Assembly: GCA_963662715.1 (NCBI GenBank)
Contig: OY759724.1
Span: 1,800,001 to 1,832,000 of the forward strand
Reading direction: 5' to 3'
Length of the DNA: 32,000 nt
Origin: Candidatus Omnitrophota bacterium
GTDB taxonomy: Bacteria > Omnitrophota > Gorgyraeia > Zapsychrales > JANLHA01
A program made the position numbers and the translations under genes. Position 1 is the first letter of the stretch, and each line of letters opens with the position of its first letter. Below are positions 24,769 to 32,000 of this stretch, in pieces. The notes beneath the pieces were generated by a model, which had not been told where the DNA came from, made no database searches, and was given only the letters and a program-made list of their open reading frames with translations.

Positions 24769-26187
24769 ATGAACCGTAAAAAAGATATTATTAAGTTTGG
24801 GACCGACGGGTGGAGAGCTGTCATAGCCGACACCTTCACTTTCGAAAACGTCGAGATTGTGAGCCAAGCCATCAGCGAGTGGATCAAACGGGATTTAAAA
24901 AAGATCGGAGGACGGAAAAGAGTCGCCGTCGGGTATGATTCCCGGTTTATGTCTGCCGAGTTCGCGGAAATCGTTTCCTGCGTCCTGGCGAAGAACAATA
25001 TCGAGGTGCTGTTGTCGGATGCGCCGATCCCCACCCCGGCTTTAAGTTACGGCGTTACGGTCAACCGGTGCGTCTGCGGGGTCATGATCACCGCGAGCCA
25101 TAATCCTTATAAGTTTAACGGCATAAAAATAAAAACAGCTCAGGGCGGAGGGGCCTCCAAGGACATCACGAATAAGGTCGAGGACTATCTCTGCCTTGTC
25201 CCCGTCCAGACCATGGAGTTTGCGAAAGCTGAAAAAGCCAAAAAGATCCGTCTTTACAACTATAAGACGGAGTATATAAAATTTATCAAGAACTATATTG
25301 ACCTGAAGAAAATAAAAGCCACCCGTTTTAAAGTGCTCATGGATGCGATGCACGGCAGCGGTAATGGCCTTATCGCCGAGGTCTTGAAGGGGTCGAAAGT
25401 TCAGCTGTCTTTGATGCGGGAGGACATTAACCCTTATTTTGACGGGAAAAAGCCGGAGCCGGTTGTGGAATATCTTGACGGGATTCTGACCAGGGTCCGG
25501 AAAGAAGGTTTTGACCTGGGGCTTGTTTTAGACGGGGATGCGGACAGAATTGCCGCGGTCGCTTCCGGAGGGGAGTTCCTGCATCCGCAGAAAATTTTGG
25601 GGCTCTTGATTCTGCATCTGGTCAGGAACCGCGGCCGGAAAGGGGGAATCGTTAAGACGATTTGCGGGACGACCATGATGGATAAGATCGCCGCTAAATT
25701 GGGGGTGAAGCTTTACGAAACCCCGGTGGGGTTTAAGTATATATCCGATTTGATGGTGTCGGAAAATATTGTTGCCGGCGGTGAAGAGGCCGGGGGTATG
25801 GGCTTTCAGGATTATATCCCGGAAAGAGACGGCACTCTGGCCGGGCTGTTGTTGCTGGAAATGATGGTGTATCAGAAGAAAAACATCAAGAAGATCGTGC
25901 AGGAGATGGAACAGGAATTCGGCCGGTATTATTATGAAAGAAGCGACGTGAAGCTGGGGAAGAAGCCTTTCAGCCCGGAGAAATTCAAGGAAACCAAGGT
26001 TCTTTTAGGGAAGAAAGTCGTTGATGTTAAGGCTTTTGACGGTGTCAAGCTGATCTGCGAAGATGAAAGTTGGCTGATGTTGCGCCCTTCCGGCACGGAA
26101 CCCCTCGTGCGCGCTTATTCCGAGGCCAAGACTCTCAAGAGAGCTAAAGATCTTATTAAGTACGGAGACAAACTCCTGAGATCCTAA
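24769..26187 (+). CDS. alpha-D-phosphohexomutase (phosphoglucomutase/phosphomannomutase family)
   Basis: FGTDGWR, active-site loop TASHNP, metal loop DGDADR, and sugar loop GEEAGG. I use ATG 24769 (MNRKKD..., AGGGGG upstream) rather than the track start at 24718, which overlaps nadD. Substrate specificity cannot be called by eye. Confidence 0.85.
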   Translation: MNRKKDIIKFGTDGWRAVIADTFTFENVEIVSQAISEWIKRDLKKIGGRKRVAVGYDSRFMSAEFAEIVSCVLAKNNIEVLLSDAPIPTPALSYGVTVNRCVCGVMITASHNPYKFNGIKIKTAQGGGASKDITNKVEDYLCLVPVQTMEFAKAEKAKKIRLYNYKTEYIKFIKNYIDLKKIKATRFKVLMDAMHGSGNGLIAEVLKGSKVQLSLMREDINPYFDGKKPEPVVEYLDGILTRVRKEGFDLGLVLDGDADRIAAVASGGEFLHPQKILGLLILHLVRNRGRKGGIVKTICGTTMMDKIAAKLGVKLYETPVGFKYISDLMVSENIVAGGEEAGGMGFQDYIPERDGTLAGLLLLEMMVYQKKNIKKIVQEMEQEFGRYYYERSDVKLGKKPFSPEKFKETKVLLGKKVVDVKAFDGVKLICEDESWLMLRPSGTEPLVRAYSEAKTLKRAKDLIKYGDKLLRS

Positions 26188-26206
26188 GAGAGGGAGCTGT
26201 GGGCGA

Positions 26207-26797
26207 ATGATTTATTGGGTGAGTTACTTTATCATTAAGCTTTTCAGCGCTGTTCTTTTTCCCTTTAAGATTGTAGGCAGAGAAAACATTCCCTCCCAGG
26301 GCGGGTTCATTTTTGCGAGCAATCATTTGAGTTATCTCGACCCTGTCATCGTCGGTCTGTGTGTCTGGCGGCGAATCAATTATATGGCCAAGGCCTCGCT
26401 TTTTAAAAACAAAATGTTTGCCTGGTTCCTGCGTCGCGTAGGTGTCTTTCCTGTGCACCGGGGAAAACCGGATATCGGGGCTTTGCGGGAAGCCATGCGC
26501 CGCTTGAAAAAAGGCTCGCCGCTTTTATTGTTTCCGCAGGGCACCAGACTGGAACAGGGCAAGGTCCCCCAAGCCCACTCCGGGGTAGGGTTCCTCATCG
26601 CGAAAAGCCGGGTTCCGGTTGTCCCCGTTTATATCCAGGGGTCCGGCCAGGTTCTGCCGCCGGGGGCCAAGTGGTTCAAGCGGCACCCTATCCGGGTCAT
26701 TATCGGCCCGCCCTTGCGGTTGTCCGAAGTTTCCTCTTATGAAGCGGCTTCCCGGCAGGTTATGGAGGCTATCCTTTCCCTTTCCCCCTGCTGCTGA
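26207..26797 (+). CDS. plsC: 1-acyl-sn-glycerol-3-phosphate acyltransferase
   Basis: HX4D motif (NHLSYLD), FPQGTR, and a VPVVPV block typical of the PlsC/LPLAT family. Confidence 0.85.
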   Translation: MIYWVSYFIIKLFSAVLFPFKIVGRENIPSQGGFIFASNHLSYLDPVIVGLCVWRRINYMAKASLFKNKMFAWFLRRVGVFPVHRGKPDIGALREAMRRLKKGSPLLLFPQGTRLEQGKVPQAHSGVGFLIAKSRVPVVPVYIQGSGQVLPPGAKWFKRHPIRVIIGPPLRLSEVSSYEAASRQVMEAILSLSPCC

Positions 26798-26832
26798 TTA
26801 TTATTTAAGGAAGACAGGATGCTTTTTTAAGT

Positions 26833-26864
26833 CTTGCGGGGCTATGGCCTGCAAGTTTTTTCTT
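26833..26864 (+). terminator. intrinsic terminator after plsC
   Basis: CTTGCGGG (26833-26840) pairs with CCTGCAAG (26848-26855), with one G-U pair and a 7-nt loop. TTTTTTCTT follows. Confidence 0.7.
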
Positions 26865-26955
26865 GGGTGGACGAATTAAATATCAGATATGATAATAATA
26901 GTGTTTATTTAGTTGTCTCGTCGAAGAAAAATGGCCTGTCTTAAAAAGATTTTAT

Positions 26956-26985
26956 TTGACAAATCTATAATAATTGAGATAATAT
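26956..26985 (+). promoter_or_regulatory. candidate sigma70 promoter for rpsA (TTGACA-18-TAATAT)
   Basis: TTGACA at 26956-26961 and TAATAT at 26980-26985, about 60 nt upstream of the rpsA ATG. Confidence 0.5.
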
Positions 26986-27047
26986 GGGCACTTTGAAGAA
27001 ATTTGTTATATCTTCAGAGAATTTGAATAAAAGAGAGGGATTTTTAT

Positions 27048-28598
27048 ATGAATAAAGAATCACAATCAGTTATGTCAGAACTTTATGATAAGTCTGTCAA
27101 AGTGATCAAGGAAGGAGAGATCGTTAAAGGCCGGATCGTGGCCCTGACAGACAGCGAAGCTGTTGTTGATATCGGATTTAAGTCAGAAGGCTTTGTGTCT
27201 TTGGAAGAGTTCCGGAATAAAGAAGACATCAAACTTGATCATGAAATTGACGTTTTAGTCGAATCTATAGAAGATGAAGACGGCCGGCTTGTTTTGTCTA
27301 AAATCAAGGCAGAGAAGGTTAAAGGCTGGCAGAAGATCATGGGCGGGATCGAAGAAGGCGCTGTTGTGGAAGGCCGTGTTATTAAGATGGTCAAAGGGGG
27401 ATACATGGTTGATATCGAAGGGCTGGAAGCGTTCCTCCCGATGTCCCTTTCCGCCTTTAAGGGCTATGCTCCGGATACGATTATGGCCAACACATTTAAT
27501 TTTCAAGTGGCCAAGATCAATAAGCAGCGACGCAACCTCATCCTTTCCCGAAGAGATATTTATCAAAAAGAACGCGAACAGATCCGGGAGAAACTGTGGG
27601 ACGAGCTCGAAAAAGGGCAGCGCCGTAAAGGCGTTGTTAAGGGCATTACCGATTTCGGCGCCTTTATTGATTTGGGAGGCGTTGACGGTTTGCTGCATAT
27701 TACCGACATGAGCTGGTCGCGGATTAATCATCCGTCAGAGATCGTCTCCATCGGTGATCAGATTGAAGTGCTTATCATCGACTATGATCAGGAAAATTCT
27801 AAAGTGTCTTTGGGGTTGAAGCAGATAACCCCCAACCCATGGGACGATATTTACGATAAATACCCTGCCGGAAGCCAGATTAAAGGAAAAATCGTCAATA
27901 TCATGCCTTACGGGGTTTTTGTTGAGATCGAAAAAGGCATCGAAGGGCTGCTGCATTCTTCTGAGATTACCTGGCAAAAGAAGCTGGTCAATCCGCAGGA
28001 AATGTTTTCGGTCGGAGACGAAATCGAAGCCCAGATTATTAACGTCGACAAAGATTCCAAAAGAATATCATTAAGCATGAAAGCTCTGGAATGCAACCCC
28101 TGGCTGGAAGCCGAAAAAACGTTGCCTGTCGGGACAAAGGTGAAAGGCATCGTGCGGGGATTTACGGATTACGGAGCTTTTGTGGAGTTGAAGTCCGGGT
28201 TGGAAGGCATGATTCATGTCTCTGATATGTCCTGGACAAAGAAAGTCAATCATCCTCAAGATATCCTCGAAAAAGGACAAGACGTTGAAGTTATGGTGCT
28301 GGGGATCGATGCAGATAATCGGAAAATCACACTGGGATTAAAACAGCTGTCGGACAACCCGTGGCCCGTTATCGCCGAGAAATATAAGGTCGGGGACGAA
28401 GTTGAAGTGGAAGTTGTCCTGAATTCCAATTTTGGCGTTTTTGTTAAGTTGGAAGATGATGTGGAGGCCCTGGTTTATTCTTCGGAGATAGATAAAGACC
28501 AGGCCTCGGCTCTTAACCCCGGTGATAAATTGCGTGTCAAGATTATTAAGGTTGATGTAGAGCAAATGAAGATTGGTGTCAGCACGCGTTTGAGTTAG
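27048..28598 (+). CDS. rpsA: 30S ribosomal protein S1
   Basis: Repeated S1 domains (G.VV.G.V...GGY.VD, GVVKGITDFGAFIDLGGVDGLLHITDMSW, and so on). 516 aa. Confidence 0.95.
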   Translation: MNKESQSVMSELYDKSVKVIKEGEIVKGRIVALTDSEAVVDIGFKSEGFVSLEEFRNKEDIKLDHEIDVLVESIEDEDGRLVLSKIKAEKVKGWQKIMGGIEEGAVVEGRVIKMVKGGYMVDIEGLEAFLPMSLSAFKGYAPDTIMANTFNFQVAKINKQRRNLILSRRDIYQKEREQIREKLWDELEKGQRRKGVVKGITDFGAFIDLGGVDGLLHITDMSWSRINHPSEIVSIGDQIEVLIIDYDQENSKVSLGLKQITPNPWDDIYDKYPAGSQIKGKIVNIMPYGVFVEIEKGIEGLLHSSEITWQKKLVNPQEMFSVGDEIEAQIINVDKDSKRISLSMKALECNPWLEAEKTLPVGTKVKGIVRGFTDYGAFVELKSGLEGMIHVSDMSWTKKVNHPQDILEKGQDVEVMVLGIDADNRKITLGLKQLSDNPWPVIAEKYKVGDEVEVEVVLNSNFGVFVKLEDDVEALVYSSEIDKDQASALNPGDKLRVKIIKVDVEQMKIGVSTRLS

Positions 28599-28733
28599 CC
28601 GTTCAGGCGCGTGCCGGCACTTGCCAGCTACACGTCTTTCTCGTCAAATCATCAGGTATATTCTTTTGCCCCTTTGCTAAAGCAGGGAATGCGTTTGCCG
28701 GTCTTGCATCCTTAAGCTGCGGGGATCCTTTCT

Positions 28734-29900
28734 ATGGATATCGATAAACATATAGCATCCATCCTCCGGGGGACAACGGAAATCATTAATTTGGAAAATT
28801 TAAGATCCAAGTTAACGAAATCTATGGAAACGCGGGAACCCCTTATTATTAAGGCGGGGTTTGATCCTACCGCGCCGGATATTCATCTGGGGCATGTTGT
28901 TCTCCTTCGCAAACTCAAACAGTTTCAGGACCTGGGGCACCGGGTCTTTTTCCTTATCGGGGATTTTACGGCGCAAATAGGCGACCCGTCCGGACGGGAC
29001 CGGCTGCGTCCCAAAATGTCTCCGGAGATCGTGGCTCAAAATGCCCGGACGTACAAAAAACAGGTCTTCAAAATTTTGGATCCCGACAAAACAGAGGTGG
29101 TATTCAACAGCCATTGGCTTTCGTCTTTAACGGCTCAGCAGATGTTGGAGCTGTCGGCTTTTTCGACCGTCGCGCAGATGCTGGCCAGAGCTGATTTCAA
29201 GAAGCGTTTCGAGGAGCAAAAAGAGATCAGTATGCTGGAATTTTTTTATCCTCTCTTGCAGGGCTATGATTCGGTTGTTTTGAAGGCGGACATTGAATGC
29301 GGAGGCTCGGATCAGAAATTCAATCTTCTGATGGGCCGGCAGTTGCAGGAGTCTTATCGGCAGGAACCCCAGGTCGTTATCATGACCCCGCTTTTGGAAG
29401 GAACGGACGGTGAGAAAAAGATGAGTAAATCCCTGGATAATTATATCGGCATTGATGAGGCTCCGGATAGTATCATGGGGAAGGTGATGTCGATTGATGA
29501 CGAATTGATGATGCGGTATTATGAAATTTTAACCGAGGAAGATCTTGCTGACATAAAAAATATGCATCCCAAAGAGGCTAAGCTTTCTCTGGGAGAAAAG
29601 ATTATTCAGTTGTTTCATGATGCCGACACCGCCCGGACAGCACGCGCTAACTTTGAAAAAATATTCAGTCAGAAGCAACTGCCCGATGAGATGGCGGAAT
29701 ATGTTCTCCCGTCGGATAACTCTACGCTTTTGGTGGATATCCTGGTGGAAACCCAAGTCGCCCCTTCCAAAAAGGAAGCGCGGCGGTTAATAACGCAGGG
29801 CGCTGTCTCCTGGGAGGGGGAAAAAATTTCGCAGGAAGACTGGACGCCGCAAAAAGGTGTTCTGAAAATAGGGAAAAGACGTTTTCTCAAAATTGTTTGA
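28734..29900 (+). CDS. tyrS: tyrosine--tRNA ligase
   Basis: HIGH motif (PDIHLGH), KMSKS present verbatim, GDFTAQIGDPSG, and a C-terminal S4-like domain (SKKEARRLITQGAV). Confidence 0.95.
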   Translation: MDIDKHIASILRGTTEIINLENLRSKLTKSMETREPLIIKAGFDPTAPDIHLGHVVLLRKLKQFQDLGHRVFFLIGDFTAQIGDPSGRDRLRPKMSPEIVAQNARTYKKQVFKILDPDKTEVVFNSHWLSSLTAQQMLELSAFSTVAQMLARADFKKRFEEQKEISMLEFFYPLLQGYDSVVLKADIECGGSDQKFNLLMGRQLQESYRQEPQVVIMTPLLEGTDGEKKMSKSLDNYIGIDEAPDSIMGKVMSIDDELMMRYYEILTEEDLADIKNMHPKEAKLSLGEKIIQLFHDADTARTARANFEKIFSQKQLPDEMAEYVLPSDNSTLLVDILVETQVAPSKKEARRLITQGAVSWEGEKISQEDWTPQKGVLKIGKRRFLKIV

Positions 29901-29965
29901 AACAGGCCTCCTTCCTAACTGCAATGTTGGGAAGATGATATATTTCTGGCAAAAAAATAAAATAC

Positions 29966-29994
29966 TTGACAAAATTAGGCTTGACATATATACT
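29966..29994 (+). promoter_or_regulatory. candidate sigma70 promoter (TTGACA-17-TATACT)
   Basis: TTGACA at 29966-29971 and TATACT at 29989-29994, the same hexamers as the riboswitch promoter. A second TTGACA lies at 29981-29986. Confidence 0.45.
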
Positions 29995-30013
29995 TTACTT
30001 TCATTTTATGATT

Positions 30014-30056
30014 TCATTGTAGGGTGTCCATTTACTAACTACAATGATATTTTTTT
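30014..30056 (+). terminator. hairpin plus T-run between tyrS and tRNA-Thr
   Basis: TCATTGTAG (30014-30022) pairs with CTACAATGA (30039-30047) around a 16-nt loop. TA and then T7 (30050-30056) follow. The stem is AT-rich. Confidence 0.45.
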
Positions 30057-30068
30057 GTAAGTTAATTT

Positions 30069-30098
30069 TTGTGATTTTAAGTAAATAATAAATATATT
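30069..30098 (+). promoter_or_regulatory. weak candidate promoter for the tRNA-Thr/rpmG unit (TTGTGA-18-TATATT, GC-rich discriminator)
   Basis: TTGTGA at 30069-30074 and TATATT at 30093-30098, followed by GGCCCTTGCGCG. A GC-rich discriminator is typical of stable-RNA promoters. Confidence 0.3.
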
Positions 30099-30140
30099 GG
30101 CCCTTGCGCGAACAAACCATGACATTGCGATCATCAGATC

Positions 30141-30213
30141 GCCCCTGTAGCTCAGCCGGTAGAGCACGTCCTTGGTAAGGACGGGGTCACCGGTTCAAGT
30201 CCGGTCGGGGGCT
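30141..30213 (+). tRNA. tRNA-Thr (anticodon GGT)
   Basis: Hand-folded cloverleaf. Acceptor GCCCCTG/CGGGGGC with one G-U pair, D arm GCTC..GAGC, anticodon stem CGTCC/GGACG with loop TTGGTAA, T arm ACCGG-TTCAAGT-CCGGT. No encoded CCA. Confidence 0.9.
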
Positions 30214-30234
30214 CTGCGATAGAAAGAGAAAACA

Positions 30235-30387
30235 ATGCGAGAGAACATACAGTTTCAGTGTACTGATTGTAAAAGGATTAATTATCAGAGCACGAAAGAT
30301 AAAAAGAAAAAGCCGGAGCGGATTGAACTGAAGAAGTACTGTCGGTTTTGTCGCAAGCATACGTTGCATCGAGAAACAAAAAAATAA
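30235..30387 (+). CDS. rpmG: 50S ribosomal protein L33
   Basis: Not in the ORF track (50 aa). Translation is [50 protein letters not shown], the classic L33 with CxxC...CxxC zinc ribbon. AAAGAGAA lies upstream. Confidence 0.9.
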   Translation: MRENIQFQCTDCKRINYQSTKDKKKKPERIELKKYCRFCRKHTLHRETKK

Positions 30388-30441
30388 CATTATTTTACAT
30401 CAGGCTGTGCTTCCAGTTTTTTGTCGAACACGGTGTAAAAT

Positions 30442-30515
30442 AGGCCTGTAGCTCCAACTGGCAGAGCAACGGTCTCCAAAACCGTGTGATGTAGGTTCGA
30501 ATCCTACCAGGCCTG
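30442..30515 (+). tRNA. tRNA-Trp (anticodon CCA)
   Basis: Hand-folded cloverleaf. Acceptor AGGCCTG/CAGGCCT, anticodon stem ACGGT/ACCGT with loop CTCCAAA, T arm with GGTTCGAATCC. Its position before secE is a widely conserved arrangement. Confidence 0.9.
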
Positions 30516-30527
30516 CTTATAAAGATT

Positions 30528-30713
30528 ATGATTGCAAAAATAGGTAAATTTTTTTCCGAAACCCTTGTTGAATTAAAAAAGGTGTCTTGGTCCACAAAGC
30601 AGGAGCTGAAGGATTCGACATTGATCGTCTTTGTCAGTTCGGCATTCTTGGCTTTATTCATCTGGATCACGGATATGCTTCTTTCTAACTTTATCCGAAT
30701 CCTCATTAAATGA
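30528..30713 (+). CDS. secE: preprotein translocase subunit SecE
   Basis: 61 aa with KFFSETLVELKKVSWSTKQEL (the SecE KV.WP-type motif) followed by one TM helix. Located before nusG. Confidence 0.85.
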   Translation: MIAKIGKFFSETLVELKKVSWSTKQELKDSTLIVFVSSAFLALFIWITDMLLSNFIRILIK

Positions 30714-30720
30714 TCGTGTT

Positions 30721-31251
30721 ATGGCTATGAAATGGTTTGTTATACATACTCAAACGGGCGCTGAAGAAAAAGCTAAAGCTGGTCTTGAAAGCCGAATGAA
30801 TTCAACGAATCTTAAAGATTTTATTGAAGAGATTATTGTCCCCACAGAACAGGTCTCCGAAATCCGCGGTGGCAAGAAACGCATCACAGCCCGCAAGTTT
30901 TTCCCGGGATACATCCTTGTGAAAATGGAAATGAATAAAGAGAGCTGGTATTTGGTCAAAAGCACTCCCGGGATCACGGGATTCATCGGTCCGGGACGTC
31001 GGCCGACGCCTATCTCCGAAGATGAAGTCAATGCTATTGTCCGCAGGACAGAAGACACCGAAACCAAACCAAGTCCGAAAGTCGTTTTTGAGGTCGGAGA
31101 GGCGATAAGGATCGCCGAGGGGCCTTTTTCGAATTTTAACGGGACCGTTACAGAAGTTTATCCGGATCGAGGCAAATTAAAGGTCAGTGTTTCAATCTTT
31201 GGGCGGTCAACATTAGTGGAAATGGAATATTGGCAAGTGGAGAAAATATAA
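30721..31251 (+). CDS. nusG: transcription termination/antitermination factor NusG
   Basis: I use ATG 30721 ([18 protein letters not shown]...), not the track start at 30631, which overlaps secE. NGN domain and KOW motif ([24 protein letters not shown]). Confidence 0.95.
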   Translation: MAMKWFVIHTQTGAEEKAKAGLESRMNSTNLKDFIEEIIVPTEQVSEIRGGKKRITARKFFPGYILVKMEMNKESWYLVKSTPGITGFIGPGRRPTPISEDEVNAIVRRTEDTETKPSPKVVFEVGEAIRIAEGPFSNFNGTVTEVYPDRGKLKVSVSIFGRSTLVEMEYWQVEKI

Positions 31252-31252
31252 C

Positions 31253-31678
31253 ATGGCAAAAGAAGTCGTAGCGCAAATCAAATTATATGTTCCAGCGGGG
31301 CAGGCCAACCCGGCGCCGCCGGTGGGGCCGGCTTTAGGTCAGCACGGGGTCAACATCATGGGCTTCTGCAAGGCCTTTAATGAAAAAACCAAGGGGAGAG
31401 AAGGGCTGATTCTCCCGGCTGTTATTTCTGTTTATAAAGATAAATCTTTTGATTTTATCATTAAGACCCCCCCGAGTTCGGTCTTGATTAAAAAGGCTGC
31501 TAATCTGGCGAAGGCGTCCGGAGCGGCAGGGAAAGAGAAAATAGCGACTTTAAATCGAGCTCAGGTAACAGAGATTGCTAAGACTAAAATGGAAGACTTG
31601 AACACGCAGGACATGGAGCAGGCAGTCAAAATTATCGAAGGCACGGCTCGGAGCATGGGAATTGAGGTGGTTGATTAA
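31253..31678 (+). CDS. rplK: 50S ribosomal protein L11
   Basis: [35 protein letters not shown] is nearly invariant L11 sequence. Confidence 0.97.
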   Translation: MAKEVVAQIKLYVPAGQANPAPPVGPALGQHGVNIMGFCKAFNEKTKGREGLILPAVISVYKDKSFDFIIKTPPSSVLIKKAANLAKASGAAGKEKIATLNRAQVTEIAKTKMEDLNTQDMEQAVKIIEGTARSMGIEVVD

Positions 31679-31679
31679 T

Positions 31680-32000
31680 ATGGTCAAATTATCGAAAAGA
31701 AAAAAAGAATTGAACGCTATCGCTAAAGAAAAACCGTCGTATACGTTGGAAGAGGCCATTCAGAATATCGACAAATTTCCACAGGTTAAATTTGATGAGA
31801 CCGTCGAATTGCATTTAAGTTTAAATATTAACCCCAAAAGTTCCGACCAGGCCATCCGCGGAACCGTGATGTTGCCGCATGGGACAGGGAAAAAAATCCG
31901 TGTGGCTGTCTTTGCTAAAGGGGAAATGGTTCAAAAAGCGGAAGAGTGCGGGGCTGATATTGTGGGTTCCAACGAATTGATCGATAAAGTGGCTAAGGGA
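31680..32000 (+). CDS. rplA: 50S ribosomal protein L1, N-terminal part; runs off the right edge
   Basis: Not in the ORF track because no stop falls in the window. ATG at 31680, then MVKLSKRKKELNAIAKEKPSYTLEEAI...FDETVELHLSLNINPKSSDQAIRGTVMLPHGTGK, typical of L1. The frame stays open to 32000. Confidence 0.9.
   Translation, partial: MVKLSKRKKELNAIAKEKPSYTLEEAIQNIDKFPQVKFDETVELHLSLNINPKSSDQAIRGTVMLPHGTGKKIRVAVFAKGEMVQKAEECGADIVGSNELIDKVAKG

Noticed and set aside
28599-28733. T-box leader upstream of tyrS
   Set aside because: The spacer is only 135 nt. It has no T-box consensus (…GGTGGTACCGCG…), no specifier-loop architecture and no terminator/antiterminator pair. It contains only a short palindrome, GTGCCGGCAC.
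2710-30720. Longer 5' extensions in the ORF track for mreD (2710), pilC (10454), the phosphohexomutase (24718) and nusG (30631)
   Set aside because: Each extension overlaps the preceding gene or intergenic signals and adds non-conserved residues. Internal ATGs at 2779, 10484, 24769 and 30721 give canonical N-termini, and for pilC and the phosphohexomutase they also have purine-rich RBS-like sequence upstream.
1-32000. CRISPR arrays, IS/transposase genes, integrases, prophage or toxin-antitoxin modules, rRNA
   Set aside because: No direct-repeat/spacer periodicity, terminal inverted repeats, recombinase motifs or rRNA-like sequence were seen. Intergenic regions are accounted for by promoters, terminators, the riboswitch and tRNAs.

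Overview
All credible genes in this window (about 33 CDS and 2 tRNAs) lie on the + strand. GC content is moderate, and I saw no mobile elements, CRISPR arrays or rRNA.

Left, 1-6.1 kb: the 3' end of aroA, then the Rod/elongasome module mreB-mreC-mreD-mrdA(PBP2)-rodA.

Centre, 6.3-18.7 kb: a type IV pilus / T2SS-like assembly cluster. In order it holds:
- a stand-alone MshEN (T2SSE_N) domain protein
- two diverged tandem PilB/GspE-type ATPases
- PilC/GspF
- a 524-aa signal-peptide coiled-coil protein of unknown function
- a long intergenic region with a promoter, a c-di-GMP-I (GEMM-I)-like riboswitch aptamer and an intrinsic terminator
- a GspG-like prepilin
- an unannotated 44-codon membrane ORF
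- pilM-pilN-pilO-pilP-pilQ

Right, 18.8-32 kb: housekeeping genes rng, rplU, obg, proB, proA, nadD, a phosphohexomutase, plsC, rpsA and tyrS. These are followed by tRNA-Thr, rpmG, tRNA-Trp, secE, nusG, rplK and the 5' part of rplA. rpmG and rplA are absent from the ORF track.

The most interesting signal is that the pilus cluster appears wired to c-di-GMP at two levels. One is an RNA sensor in front of the pilin gene. The other is a free-standing MshEN protein whose tandem c-di-GMP-binding motif is better preserved than the equivalent motifs in either adjacent ATPase. The cluster also carries an uncharacterised secreted coiled-coil component, and the window shows no PilT, PilD or minor pilins.

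Everything here was read by eye. Family assignments rest on recognisable motifs and gene order, not on searches.
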